64,000 bases of DNA. Origin: Octopus bimaculoides (taxonomy: Eukaryota). Where the stretch lies: assembly GCF_001194135.2 (NCBI RefSeq), contig NC_068985.1:75075081-75139080 (forward strand), read 5' to 3'. The notes under the pieces are model-generated. The model was not told the origin of the DNA and ran no database searches. It was given only the letters and a program-made list of their open reading frames with translations. Below, in pieces: positions 49,213-63,149 of this stretch (position 1 is the first letter of the stretch; every line of letters begins with the position of its first letter). Position numbers and translations under genes: made by a program.

Positions 49213-52200
49213 GCACACACAGGTTAAATATGAAGAGTGTGTATAGTGTCAGAGTGGCAAAGATTGATTCGGATTTGTTAGAAAACTGAGAGATAAAGAT
49301 AGTTTACAACACAAACGTTTCGGACTCAACGCCATGATTTCTACTATAAGAGAGATCGTGGTATGGAAGGAGTTTCGAAATATGTTGAATGATTTGGAGT
49401 TATCAATGATGACTTCTGACTAATAAGGAAAATGAGGAAACACATCCTGAATCCGGCTGGTGAGTAGTTGAGCTTGTTGAGTGGTAATGAAAACATAGAG
49501 CTTCGAAGAACATGAAATAGAGAGTTGAGTCTAAGTAACTAGACAATTCTTGCATCCCGAGGAGGTTAATGACTGATAGAGTGAGTGGGTTTATACAAAA
49601 CTGCCGCCATATCTTTGGGAAAGGGAACTTAAAAGTGCATACTAAATAATATCCTATGAAGATTATGAAACTGCAGTTACTGGCAAAATTAGTTTATAAA
49701 TTAGATAGCACAGGTTTACAGTGTTACATGATATTTAATGTCATTAAAAAACTTTTGAATCTTCTTTCAGTAATTATATTATATAACGTTTGGAGGATGG
49801 TTTGTAAATTTGTACATAAAACACTGAAAGAATAAATAGAGGATGTGAGAAAATTAGAAATAATGAAATTACTTGAAGTCGAGAAAGAGATTATTCATCG
49901 AAACTTCAGAAAGTTAAATACAAAATATTCTGACAGTTACAGTTATAAGAAAAATTATATACATTCACACAGTAAATCAGATAAATTGTTATCCTATCGA
50001 CTAATAAAACATATGTTTCATTGCTTCTTTAAATATACATTTTTTAATATTCATTTTAAGAATTATCACAAGCATTCCGGTGGTGGTTATGTATTCCTAT
50101 AATGCATAGAGATATATTTTATCCACGAGGCCCTTCCTTATTTAAATCAGTAAAATGTGATTTGTGGGAGATGGTCAGCAATTTTGAACACTTTAACTCG
50201 AGAGTCATTCATATGCCCAAAGGTCAAGATTTATAGACCCATCAAGAATATGGTAGAACACATATATAATATATATTAATAGCTATACACTTACAATAAG
50301 TTTTTCCTTAATATTTAAAGTAGATTTCAATTTTTTTTAACAGAAGCAGCCATGCCTACATTAACTACCTTATTAAACATCTCTTCTTACTTGCAGTGTT
50401 CTTACGCTAAGGTTTCATATCTCATTCTTTTGAAGATCATTTCTTCGAAATCTATCTCTCTGCCATAAATGGTATTTAAGGCATAAACCAGTAGAAATAC
50501 AAGAGTGTTACAGGTAGGAACGGAGGGATATATTCAGAGTTGGCAGTCCTTTCATATAATTCAAATTTAAGTTTTTCAAATTTGTGAAACATTCTCAAAA
50601 TTAGAATATTTTACGACACGTAAATCAGATTTTCCTAAAATTAACAAACTGCTATATTACGTGACCCTGTCACGTAACTTGTCACGTTACAGATAAAGTT
50701 CAGATTCGCCATAATTTTGCGACCCAACATTGGACAGTTATAATATGTGACGCAGAACCAATTGTGGGGTGCATAATTTAATCCTAGAGTGATATACCTT
50801 GCAGAAATTTTTGCAGTTGTGTGGTTGATGTTAATTTCTGCTATTACTAAAAACTAACGTCAAACTTCAGCTGTTATCTATTCACTCTTCAACATGCTTG
50901 TTTTCATAGCATGCTTTCATTCATTATAATCCACTTCTTAGACACCCCGAATTTGTTGGGTTAATTCCAGTGAAATTCTTGTCGATTTTGTAGACAGTTG
51001 TATGGTATTGGTCTTGTGAAAAAAAAGTTGTCAGTGTCATTGGTTAGCTAATGCTACAAGTTGTCTTTCACGAATCAGCTTAAATGACGAACCATCTCAA
51101 CCAACACTGTAAAGCGATAGTGAATAGGCTTAAGAGTCTTGATTGCTTAACGATTTTCTTATTTGCCTTACAGTAATACATTCAAATGCCTTGGTCTGTG
51201 TTCTTGCTATGACTTTTCCTAGCGGCACTGACATGTCGTCCGAATAGTGTATGATTTGTCTAGGTGCATGAAGAGCTTGTGTGGCCCAGTTGTCTCTCTC
51301 TGCCTCACAGGTGCAGACCAAGAGAATATAGGACAGTACATTTCACCACAGTAGTTAGCGAAATAGTATTGAGTCGTACAGCAAGCTGCCTAAGGGACTC
51401 TGATTTGAATATATTTATGGTTTATTCCCTAGCCTTTTCCTGAAATAGCATTAAGGTTATTTATCCATAGCTTAGGATTCGTAACCCAGTAAAGAACCCA
51501 GCTGAACCTGGGAGACCTGCCAGTCATCGTTATCGCAATTATAGTGGCTAACATTATTATTCAACACCTTTGTTGCAAACACTAATAAGCACATGTAAAA
51601 ATATGTGAAAGAATATTTATGATATAATGTATAGATAATTATCTCTCTACAGACAATTTAGCTTGATATCTTTGGGGATAAAGCTATGTAGATGAATATG
51701 CGTGTCTTAATATAATGTGGCACTTTAAAACTTTCTTTGACTATTTCTACTTCTGATACCCATACAGAGTAATTCCTATAGCGATCTCACTTGATATTAT
51801 CCCTACATATATCATATGTAAGCACTCTTCACATCCTTCCTTTTCCTAATATTAACCGAAACAACTTGAGCATATACAATTTTCAACTGAATACAAAACA
51901 TATTTGTAACCAGCTACCAATCTCTCATTAGAACAGAGCTTCACAATTCTGTTGCTTTTATACTTGCATGACTGTTTTTCTGTATATGCCATCAAATATT
52001 CATATTCAAAATTATTCCATTAAAATTGCAAATTAAAAAAACAGTTTCATGTATCGCGAAATATGTAGAGCATGACTATAAAAGTAATTTACATAAAATG
52101 CAAATATTGAAAAATCAATTTTAAACTCGTAATATTTGGTGTGGATAGCTGACAGACAAATGGCGTATTTACAAGAATATTTACCGTTCATACAAGAGAA

Positions 52201-52814
52201 TACGAATATAGCTACAAAATAATATTCCTTAATATTATGATACCCAATGGTACATAGAATACGTGACCTTTTGATCTTTTATAAGGGGCAAATACCATAA
52301 ATCACAAATTCCACATGAGTTAAATCAAAGTAAATGAGAATAAAAATATTGAAATATTGTAAAAATTTAAAACAAAAATACAGCTCGGTAACTTGGAATC
52401 CAATACGACTTATATTTACCAGAATTCTCATAAAACTCGTTAAAAAAATGTTTATAGTTTTCTGAAAAATGTACGTTGTTTGAAAGAATTGTGGTTGTTT
52501 GCAGTAAATGAACTGCTGAGGGAAATTAAGTTTACTTGCAAGTTATAAATGTTGCCATTATGTAGAACAAACATGAGATTAGATGGAATGAGTATTGGAT
52601 AGCGCTACTTTGTTTGTAGTGGACAAGAATCTCAGTCGTTTTAATATTAGTTTGAGGGATAATGCTTCATCCTTCGTATTAACTTCAGATATTTAGACTG
52701 TAGTATATATTTAAGTATTTGTTCAAACATATTGATCAGATTATATGAAAGAGTGTTTTTTTTCTATTTTTCGATATATAGATATGTATAAATCTGTATA
52801 TATATATATATATA

Positions 52815-54745
52815 TATATAATCCATTCCGTCCGTTTGTTTGTGTGCTTATAACTCGAGTATTGTTCATCTGATAACGCTGAAATTTTAAACATGGATAC
52901 ATGAGAGAGCTGGGCGTTCCGTAATTTAAAAAGATTTTCAAAATAGTTAGTTTCAAAGTGAGAATCGCTATTTTTGTAATCTTTCTGTCCAGTTTGTTCC
53001 GCCAGTAAAACAACCACTTGCTCAGACAGCCGGCCTATATCATTTCGCTAACAACAAGGGGAGTACAGGATGACACTCAGCCAAAACTGTCCTTATGCTG
53101 TCTCTCTTTTTTCCTCTCTCTGCGAGGTTAATAATCTTAATCTTTAGTCACAGTTTCTCATTCAAACTACATAATAGGCAGAATTGTCGGATTAAGACAG
53201 TAGGGTGTTTTGAGGGAGATTTGGCTGCTATTTCTACCAGGTCTAGCTACCATGTAGAGTCTGCCTCATTGATATCACATATTCCTTATGCTTTCCAAAA
53301 CCAAGTTTGAGATCTTGACGTATGGGATATCAAAAGATTCAATATTATTTTGGCTACAAATTAAACTTAATTTTCATTCACATATTTTCATTTCAAAAGT
53401 TTAACACAATCTTTTCCATAAATCTACTATCGGAAAAACTTTATACGATTACGTCACATTTTCTATATGTGTGTGTACCTTAAAAGGCGTCAATCATTAC
53501 GACAGACAGCTTCACTCACTCACTTTGTCTCTCTTTCTCACCCTCTTTCTCTCTCACACACACGCGCAAGCATGCACAAACACACACACACACACACACA
53601 CACACGTCCGTTTCATATAGATGTACATACATCTTTCACTTTCTGTTTCTGTTCTTTTCGCTTTATCTTCTTTGAATTACTGCTCTCTTTAAATAAAATT
53701 TCTACGGATACAACTGCTTACAAAAATAGGGATTAATGTATAATTTCTTTCTACGTTCATCATTTTTGTTTACAATATTGGGAAAAATATGCCACCAAAG
53801 GAAAGACGTAATCTCTCCCGGAACAAATATAAAGCAAGGAAGATTGTAGAAAACCCAATGCGAGAGTCTGAAGAGAAAACTAGATGAGATTTTCTCAATA
53901 TCAGCAAATGCATGTTGCAGCACTTAATGCTGGATCATTAAATTAATGTTTTAATGATTAGACAGAAGTGCAATTGAATAGCTCTCAGAAAAGACTACGT
54001 AAATTTTCGTTCTTCACAACTGAAGCTGTTTTTCGATATGATCTATCCCATTCTTATAAAAATAACTCTGTCCAAATTGGTGTGCTAAACACAAATTGTA
54101 TTTTCCGTAAAGCTTTAAAGTTTTCAAATGAAATTAATGGTATGTGCTGCTCAGGCAGTTAGGAAGCATTGCTAGCACTACCAGCTCCTTCTCAACCTCT
54201 TATGGATCTTCTAGAAGGCATTTCCATCCAGTCAAAGGATTTTCTGAACAATAGCAGACAGTACAACTCTGCAAATGACATCGTTTGGTGCATCTAAGAA
54301 GAGAGATAAACATGAATTTACGACAACGTCAAAGTTAAAGTGCAAGTCTATCACATCATTGGTTCCCTGCTACCCACGAATGAACAACCACAGTTCCTCC
54401 AAATTTACTTTATGAGTGATGTGGGACAACAAACCCGAATGAGGCGTCAGCATTTAAGTTGATGGGTCGTGTTAGACACAGCGCCGATTGCTGCAAAAGA
54501 GAATATGTCCACTGACAGCTTCTCGGTACGTTCAAAAATCACATAACCCCAACAGGTTAGGGCCTGAAATACTCCAAAGAGACGCATAGCATGTTGCGTA
54601 ATCGAATTAGCACATCGTTTACTCCACAAATGTTTTGTTGTCAAAGCTGCACTTTCCCCATATCACCTGTCTCAGCTTAACTGTAATAAATTATATACAA
54701 ACTATGCCATTTTGACCGCGAACAACGCTGTGTGTCTCTGCTAGT
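52815..54745 (+). mobile_element. Internally deleted Helitron (5' boundary uncertain)
   Basis: ATG at 53789 (MPPKERRNLSR). Then AVFRYD..IG..NC..ALKF.NE.NGMCCSG..LP.P.QPL..LL..SKDFLNNSRQYNS..MTSFGA..VYH.IGSLLP..FLQIYF, typical of the region upstream of Helitron Rep. The 3' end is a GCGAACAACGC hairpin followed by CTAG-T (54741-45). Confidence 0.8.
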
Positions 54746-56039
54746 ATATATATGCACACCAACTAAAGTGTACACATTTAATAATATTAAACAGAATACC
54801 ACAGTAATTGTACTGGTCGTGTCTGTTACAATACTGTTGGAAGATTAGGTACCAATATATACATTTTTAAACTTCATTAACCATGCGCTCAATTATCACG
54901 AATTGTTTGATCGCATCTGTTCGTATTCAACAAGCTTTTCTTTCTTTGATTTTTTTTTCTTTTTTCCTTTTTTTACTTTGCTTCTTATAACAACGTTGAA
55001 TTTTAATCAAAATGCGCTAATTTTCATTTAAGAAGTTGATCATATTTCAATTGACCTTTCATGTTTTTTCCGTTAAGCTTCCTTACAGACAAATGATATC
55101 AAACAGAAATAGTGGATGTTAAGACATAACCATATGTGATATTTGAAAGGGTAACACTCTATTGTTTCTATCAAGAGGAAATTTAACTGCCTAAATTAAT
55201 CTGACGTTATGTTCTTTTCATAGGCTGTAGTAGTACTTAAAATATGACATTCGATTACAAATGGAATTTCCTTTTATTCTAAAAACTAAACGTATTATGC
55301 TAAAGATGTTGAATGCATTAACTTTTTTTGTGTTCAAAGTCATATTTATGAGAAATAACTTTTTTTTATGAAGTTTGTTATTTAACCGATGTGATATTTA
55401 CAGGCATTAATGGTGATAACATTACACTTATACTGCATTGCTTGCCATGTAATTAACATTAAGGGGACATTTGGGGATTATTCTGCGATGCAATTAAGTG
55501 GTTAACTCATATAAAGCCTTTAAAGCGAAGCTAATAATTTATATTCTGTGGTGCTTTTTGGATGATTCTATTATGGTTATTGATATTAGCAACCTTATCC
55601 TTATTTTCACTAATTTTATCAAGGTGATTGCTAGCAGTAATCCAGGAAAATTTTCTCTCGACTAAAGGGAGGAGTCCAATTCCATTCCTATTGAGGATTG
55701 TATCTCTGCGTTTATTATTCTAATCATTTCCAGGCCTTGTTAGGCGTTAGTGTATTACACTCGCTCTTGGGGCGACTTTGTTATCTTCTATAGATTTACT
55801 ATTATTCATAGAAAGGGTAGAGTTCCCCACTTTATATTTATTTTTGTATCTTTTATTCCTTCCGAAATAAACTGTGTGCGACGAAGTTTTAACAATCCAA
55901 TATACTATGAATATTTACTATGACATTTTCTACGAATAATGGCATCAATTGTACTTGGGAGGTTAGAGACAGTGCTGGTGTATGCAGAAAGTTTTCAAAT
56001 ATTAGAATAAAGTATATTTTCCAGTAAGTTGAATGATGT

Positions 56040-56470
56040 TGAGTATGATAGTAAAGTATAGTTTATCGTATTTATGTTAGGGTGGTATGTAATTTTCTTA
56101 GTATTTCAAAGAAATATGTTGCTCTGCTATTTTTAACATGTTGTGAGAATAGGGAATTCACCCATAAATTATCTTTTTTTTTCTAGTTTTCTTAGAGTTT
56201 ATAATATAAATCCTAGTGGATACGCGTTGAGCTCTCAGTCAATCGATACTGTTATGCATTATTCAGTTAGTTTTAGATTTCCTACGAGTTAATAGTGCTA
56301 CTACGTAGATGTTGTTATAACCAGTTGGAATAGGCTATTTAAACTGATCTTATCGCTTGTTATTCTGAAGATTTCCGCAGTGTTGTAGGTTCTTCTGATT
56401 GATATTCCAGTTTATGTCTGTCGGTCGAACATCCAACATGTCGAGAGAAATTGCTGTATATTACAATTAT
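56040..56470 (-). mobile_element. Possible decayed Penelope RT-thumb/linker fragment
   Basis: SLDMLD..TDI, ALLTRR and TYHPNI echoes, with many stops. Confidence 0.3.
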
Positions 56471-56511
56471 GTCAGCCTAAATATAAATCACCAATCTGTC
56501 TATCATTCTAT

Positions 56512-56544
<33 letters not shown>

Positions 56545-56639
56545 CACGTACGTACCTATCTATGTACATATGTCATTAATCAGTTTTATTTCAAGAGAGA
56601 GAAAGAGCAGGTTTCTAACCTAAATCCATGGCTCCTTTA

Positions 56640-58540
56640 TTGGAAACCAACAGGGTATTTTTATATGTATGTATGTATGTATGTATGTATATATGTATAG
56701 ATTTCTACGTTTTGTTTTCTGTATGTATTCTCATGCACTGAGTTGCATATCTAGATATGCTCAGATATACTTAAATTATAAAATTGTAGAAAGTTTTTAC
56801 AGAAACTTTACTTTTCCAATGATGGATTGGATCTGTAGTCTTCGAATTAGCTTTCTCCTTTCTGGTTTTGAAAAACCTAATTTCTCAAGATTGCTATTTA
56901 CGCAGTGTGTTACATATCCCAGTGCTCCATTAATTACAGGTATAAACTTGAACTTGTAATCTGGATAGAGTAACTGAAAATTTCTCAATAGTTCAGCGTA
57001 GGTATTTTCGTTTCCGCTTAGCTTTTTACGTTAATATCCGCCGGGCAGCTGATTTCCACAACTGTACACAGTTTCTTTTTCTCTGTCCGTAATCATTATG
57101 TCAGGTCTATTGTGGTTACATTTTGTTGAGGTTTTCACTGGGACATTCCTACAGTACTCCTTATTATGAGTGGTTATTGCTTCCTCCATGCTGTAGGTTC
57201 TTATTTCTTTGTCCTCAGAGTGATCCTTCTGACGGATCTCCTTATACAGTGTCCTAGCTACAACATCATGTCTCATCAGTAAGTAAAACCGTGATGGCAT
57301 TTTCGGACAACTGCTTATGAGGTGAATGATATCTTCGGTGTTAAGTCAACATAGTCTGCATCGGTTGTCACATTTTACTGCTTTTCCTGCATCACTATCC
57401 CTTTTGTGTCTCAAGTATTTGGTTAATATTTCCTGTTCCTGAATTGCAAATACATACCTTTCAAAGTGGGAGATAGTAATACAGTTGTTGGTACATGATA
57501 GGCTGCTTTGACGATCAATGTTACTATAACCTCGGAGCTTTCTTCTAACATATCCATGCATGAACTTCTCCTGATACTTTTATCTGATGCTACATTGCGG
57601 TAGAAACGCGCGACTTTGTTGGGCATGAATTTAAGATTATCAGACGACGAATGCTACTCAATGAGCTGTTTCCAAGTCTTATGATGTCATCAGCCTCATG
57701 TATGCACATTTGGTCAAGGGATGCGCTTCTATACTTATTGGTTAAAAGATGTTGGCGAAGGGATAGGGACTTTCAAAGGCAGTGCGGATCGATGTTAAGC
57801 CCCTGTCACCTTTTTGAAATTTTAACTAGAGGCGGTCTACGTCACTGTTGGTGTGGAAATTATGTATGCGGGTTAGTATCTTCAGGGTTTTGACATTAAT
57901 GGCTCAGATCTCATCAAGCGTCCACTCAAGCAGCCCAAATGTTGGAATGTGTACTGGCACTGCAAATACATTGTGGGCCAGCGTTTTGTTGAATGCAAAG
58001 AGTTCCGGGGTTCGTACTTTCTTTATTTGACTGTAATATTCTTTATTACGTGTTGTGTTACAGGTGCCATTGTAAGATATGTTTTCATCCACCTCTAAAT
58101 AACTGTAACATTCCTCAACAGATATAGGGGACACAGTCAAATCATTGATGGAGATGCTTTCAGTTTGTTTTACAGTTTTACTTCATTTCACAACCATATA
58201 CCAATATTTCTCCCGACCAAACTCTAAACTTATATCCTTTGAGAATGGTGTAACCAGTTCAGGGTTCCTTTTCGTCTCATACATATTCTTAACTTATAGT
58301 TTAGTGTCATCCACAAAGAAAGAGTAATTTTGGTATTTCTCTTTCTTTGTAAACCAGTGAGATATCTTTCAGATTTTCTTTATATGAATTACAAGAGGTT
58401 TACAGAAAGTATAAACAACATTACCGAGATGCTGTCCCCTTGGAATATGTCTCTGCGATACTGTATTCTATCAGTGGTAATATAATCACTCCAAGTGTTT
58501 CATTTCAAGATGGTGGCCCACGATGAAGTTAGTTCAGTTA
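56640..58540 (-). mobile_element. REL-type non-LTR retrotransposon (R4/Dong-like or related clade): RT end, CCHC, nuclease, 3' UTR
   Basis: FFVDD.KL, YSYLEVDE, AHNVFAVPV, NRCRLC..EDIIHLISSCP..RHDVVAR, NRPDIM, FIPVINGALG. Confidence 0.88.
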
Positions 58541-59789
58541 TGGCTAGTGTATATGTGTGTGTGTGTGTATGTGTGTGTGTGTATGTGTGTGTGTGTGTGT
58601 GAATGTGTGTGCGCGCGCGCGTGTATAAAATGTAACCAGTAAAATGAATGAACGCTCACCAACAAATAATGGTATTATTGTTACTAAAAAGCATGCATAA
58701 TGAAAATGTATGCCTTCTCTTCTCTAAACAATATAATCGATACTGTGCAGATTGTGTCATATGTCATATACAAAAGGATGACTGATTGGATTGGCAAGGA
58801 TACGAAGAAGAAACCAGGCGTTACTCACGTCACCCATAGTAAGCGCATTTCCCTTTGATGGATGTTTTCTAATAATAGTAAATATACGCTGAAGTGGATA
58901 GTAGGCACAAATTAGAATATGCTAAATAACAAAACAAAGCATCAGTCCAGATGATGCGATGGTTGTATTATCTAGGAGATCATAACTCACGAAATGGCTT
59001 TACAGTGCATTTACTTCTCTGTCTATGCGCTTTATTCGCAGACCAATATTTGCTCACGACGTTGGGAATATGTTGGAAAGCGTAGGACTGTAATGATTTA
59101 GGATTTTGACAAATAATTTCCCATGATACTATTTTTCGTTCTCTTCTGTATGTTTCATGTAAGATAGAGCTTATTTGCTTAAGATGTTATATGTATATGT
59201 GGGTGTTTGTGTATCATGTTAATTGTCTCATATAGGAGTAGTATGTACGCGTATGTGTGCGAGTGAGCGTTCGTGTGCGTGTGTGTGTACATGTCTGTAT
59301 GTATGTATGCTTGTAAATATACGCACATAACAATCCAGATACTTATTGATCAGATCACGTATATATATATATATATATATATNNNNNNNNNNNNNNNNNN
59401 NNNNNNNNNNNNNNNNNNNNNNNNNNNNNNNNNNNNNNNNNNNNNNNNNNNNNNNNNNNNNNNNNNNNNNNNNNNNNNNNNNNNNNNNNNNNNNNNNNNN
59501 NNNNNNNNNNNNNNNNNNNNNNNNNNNNNNNNNNNNNNNNNNNNNNNNNNNNNNNNNNNNNNNNNNNNNNNNNNNNNNNNNNNNNNNNNNNNNNNNNNNN
59601 NNNNNNNNNNNNNNNNNNNNNNNNNNNNNNNNNNNNNNNNNNNNNNNNNNNNNNNNNNNNNNNNNNNNNNNNNNNNNNNNNNNNNNNNNNNNNNNNNNNN
59701 NNNNNNNNNNNNNNNNNNNNNNNNNNNNNNNNNNNNNNNNNNNNNNNNNNNNNNNNNNNNNNNNATATATATATATATATATATAACCT

Positions 59790-60090
59790 TATGGTAAAGA
59801 GCCCGTTCGGTCATGAATAACCATGGGACAGCTCCTAGAAATTATGCATCTAAAGGCACAAGTCTGGGTAAGGTTGTCTATGGAACACCATTAGTCGTCC
59901 ATGCTTACCAGCCTCCCCAATTTTGTCCAAGGGAAAAGCAAAGGTCGTTATAGCTTGGCACCAGTGACATCACAACTCATTTCCACACATGAGTGAACTT
60001 AGCAATGTGGGATGAAGTGTCTTGTTCAAGAATGCAACCCACAGCCTGGTCCACATTGTCAACTCAACGCTCTAACTTCTGATCCGTACA
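59790..60090. mobile_element. Interspersed repeat (LINE-tail/SINE-like)
   Basis: Recognised from memory as a common cephalopod repeat (cttggcaccagtgac..caactcatttc..aagtgtcttg.tcaaga). No ORF. Confidence 0.4.
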
Positions 60091-60499
60091 CCACTTTTTA
60101 AAATAATTTCCATGAATGTGCATAGGTTGTGAATTGGTATTCATACACAGCAACTCACTTCGAAAATAAACATTGAACACATACTAGACGCAACATATAA
60201 AAAACATATATCCTAATAATGTATACGTGTGGGTCTGTGTTAAGAAGCTTGGTTTCTATGCACATGGGAGCGTATTCAGCAAGTGTCTTCTGCTATAGCC
60301 TATACTACCAAAGATACCCGTCGTTGCCCCGGTTAAAGAGTAAAATGAACTTTTAAAATGCCGTCTAGATTACGCAGGTCTCAAATGTTAGTAGCTTAGA
60401 TACCAACTTTCTACATTAATAACTCTCAAACCCATTTCAGAATGGAACATAGACGTTAAATGAAGTGTTGAAAGAAACTTTTCAACTCATATAGGTATA

Positions 60500-62880
60500 C
60501 TAGCAGAGGCACCCGGCGTTGCTCGGGAATGAAATTGTTGTTTATATACTTGAAGATAAAAATGCAAAATATGCTTCATAGAAATTTGAGGACATTCTGT
60601 AGATGGACTCTCAGATGAATGATGGCTGGGCGCCTCTCATGAATGGGGAAAATTGAAGATGTGCCAAAAAGCCTCATTGGTATTCGGAAACTATTACGAA
60701 AATTAAAATGGGGATTAAATGAAAAAAATGCTTTACGTGAATATCCTCACAAAAGTAAATGAAATAAATGGCGATTGTGGAACTCCCCACGCACGCACGC
60801 ACGCGCGCGCGCATACACACGTGTGTCTTTGTAAATATGTTTGTATACATTTATGTATGTGTGTGTTTGTAAGAGACAGAGTGTGAGTGAGAGAGAGAGG
60901 TTTGTTGTCATGTATACGTACATGCATAAATATACATACATCTTTGGATGTATGCATATGACAACACAGCCCTTGACTCACTCACACTCTGTCTCTTACA
61001 AACACGCACGCGCGCGCATGCACACGTGTGTCTTTGTAAATATTTTTGTATACATTTATGTATGTGTGTGTTTGTAAGAGACAGTGTGTTAGTGAGTCAA
61101 GGGGTGTGTGTGTGCGTGTGTGTGTGTGTGAGAGCGGTGTGTATGTAGTATTTACTCTCTCTCTCTCTCTCTCTCTCATACACACTCACACACAAAATAG
61201 AGAGTGAAGCTTTTTGCCGTTGTTACGTCAATACCAGAAGTTGACATTGAGGAACCTTTTTAAAGAAGTGAATCTTAAATATAAAGCAATAGTATTTATT
61301 TTTAATTAAAAAAATCAAATGAAGAGCCTAACATTTATCCGAGGTCAAATTATTCATGCATCACAAGTATGGAAGCATTTGGTGAAGTCGATTTCACGTG
61401 AAAAGCGATTACACACACATCTCTGTTTTATATATAGTATAGATAAAGTAAATACACGTAATTATAAAACAGGTTCTGTGTAGCTTATTAGGTATCCAAA
61501 AAAACAGGTACAGTTTATAATAAATGAAAGGCCGATGTCTGTGTTTTATTTCACAGAGGTAGTAAAGAGCTAATCCTGTCATAAATCTCAACTTGGATCT
61601 TGAACGTTTGCATGAATCATGGCTCAGTTAAATCACTTATGGTTCCAAATGATGTCACCTGTAGTGCAGCGTTGTATTGTCTAAATTTGGTCTGGAAGTG
61701 CTTGAAATCTTGGTCAGCTGAGGACATCAGTTTTTTCAATGGAAACTCTAGTGCCATCCGCATAATGAACTCCTTGATCATAATCTAATCGAAACTACTT
61801 CATAGAAGTTGATTCTCTTAACTGTGGCAACTGGTCTTCGTCCTGCAGGGAAGATTCTGTTCCTTGTTAGCCGTGCATACTTCTGTTCATCACTTTGAGA
61901 TGCCCTATCTTTTGTAGTGCACAGTCTGTTCATTTCTTGGTATGCTTCCCTTTCTGCATCTGTCTCTCTTTCCCTGGACATTCTTTTGGCTGACCTTAAC
62001 TTTGAAGACAAGTTTGGCACATTTCTTCTAGGCATGGTTATATACATATACAGATATATACAGGTGCGAAAGATAGTAAACAATGAAAATAACTGGGTAA
62101 CGGAAATTATATTTCTTAATACGACGGGCAGAAAGTAAATAAGAAATGTTTACGGAAAATAAAGAATTGTATAGGTTGAAGAGAAATTTATCAGTAAACA
62201 AAAGAGCTAGTATCGAAGGAACCACAAAAAGCCATTAACAACAGAAAAACACAATACCGTTTTAAAAGTAAATAAGAAATTGTTAGGGAAATTATCTAAC
62301 TGTACGGATTTAATTGAAATTTTTGAAGCTACTTCTATCAGTAAATTATGAACTTACTTTTAGTAGTAATTGCATCAACAACAGAAAACACAAAATTCTC
62401 CAAAATTTAATAAGATATTCTGTACAGATTGAAGTGGAATTTATGAAGTTACTTTTGTCTGTAAATTATGTATGATATTACTTTCATCAATAATTGTGAA
62501 CTTCTTTATGTCAGTAATTTGACGTTATTGTTTGTAAAAAGTGATTGAAACCTTACAGTGGAAACAATAGCGATTTAACTTCAAATGAAAACAATAGGGT
62601 CCGAAAAACCAAAGGGGAGACAATAGGGAGTGAGTGAATATAGAGAGAGGCGGAGAGAGAGAAAGCTAGCTAATTAGACAAATTAGATATAGATAGATAA
62701 GATATAGACAGATAGTTAGAGATAGATATAAAGATAGAGATGGATAGGGAGATATAGATAGAGAGATACAAAGATAGATAGTGAGAGATGGAAAGAGAAT
62801 TATAGAGTGATATAGACGTCATTGACGCTAGAAAACTGGTGATAATTATTTTAAAACCTTTCAAAGACGTGAATCTAATA
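60500..62880 (-). mobile_element. Internally deleted Helitron (5' boundary uncertain)
   Basis: ATG at 62035 (MPRRNVPNLS..RASQSDEQKYARL), then FKHFQTKFRQYNAALQVTSFG..FMQTFKIQVEIYDRISSLLP. The 3' end is a CCCGAGCAACGCCGGG hairpin followed by CTAG-T (60500-60503). Confidence 0.85.
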
Positions 62881-63149
62881 TAAAATGCAATAGTTTAACT
62901 ATTTTTTTATGACCAATAGATGTAAGGGAGACAATAAATTTCTGAAAGTTACATTACAAAGAGTTACCTCCCTTGTCCACGTAACCCTGGAACGACTGTT
63001 TTCTGTACCCTGGAGGCCTGTTACTAATCATGGGAAAAAACATCCCTGCCACATAAGTAATGCATGTTCCCAGTTGCGAGAAAATCAGTTGAAAATGCGG
63101 CCGTTATAATCTTTTCCCCACATATACACAGATAAAACGGGATTAATAT

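Noticed and set aside
49295-49350. Third hammerhead-like remnant (minus strand ...ATGGCGTTGAGTCCGAAACG)
   Set aside because: The CUGANGA box is absent and stem II does not pair convincingly.
49845-50102. 85-aa ORF
   Set aside because: AT-rich low-complexity composition, no motif and no splice support.
51130-51340. 63-aa minus-strand ORF and two strong-looking plus-strand acceptors
   Set aside because: The ORF starts at a non-ATG codon and has no recognisable motif. No matching donors give a coherent exon.
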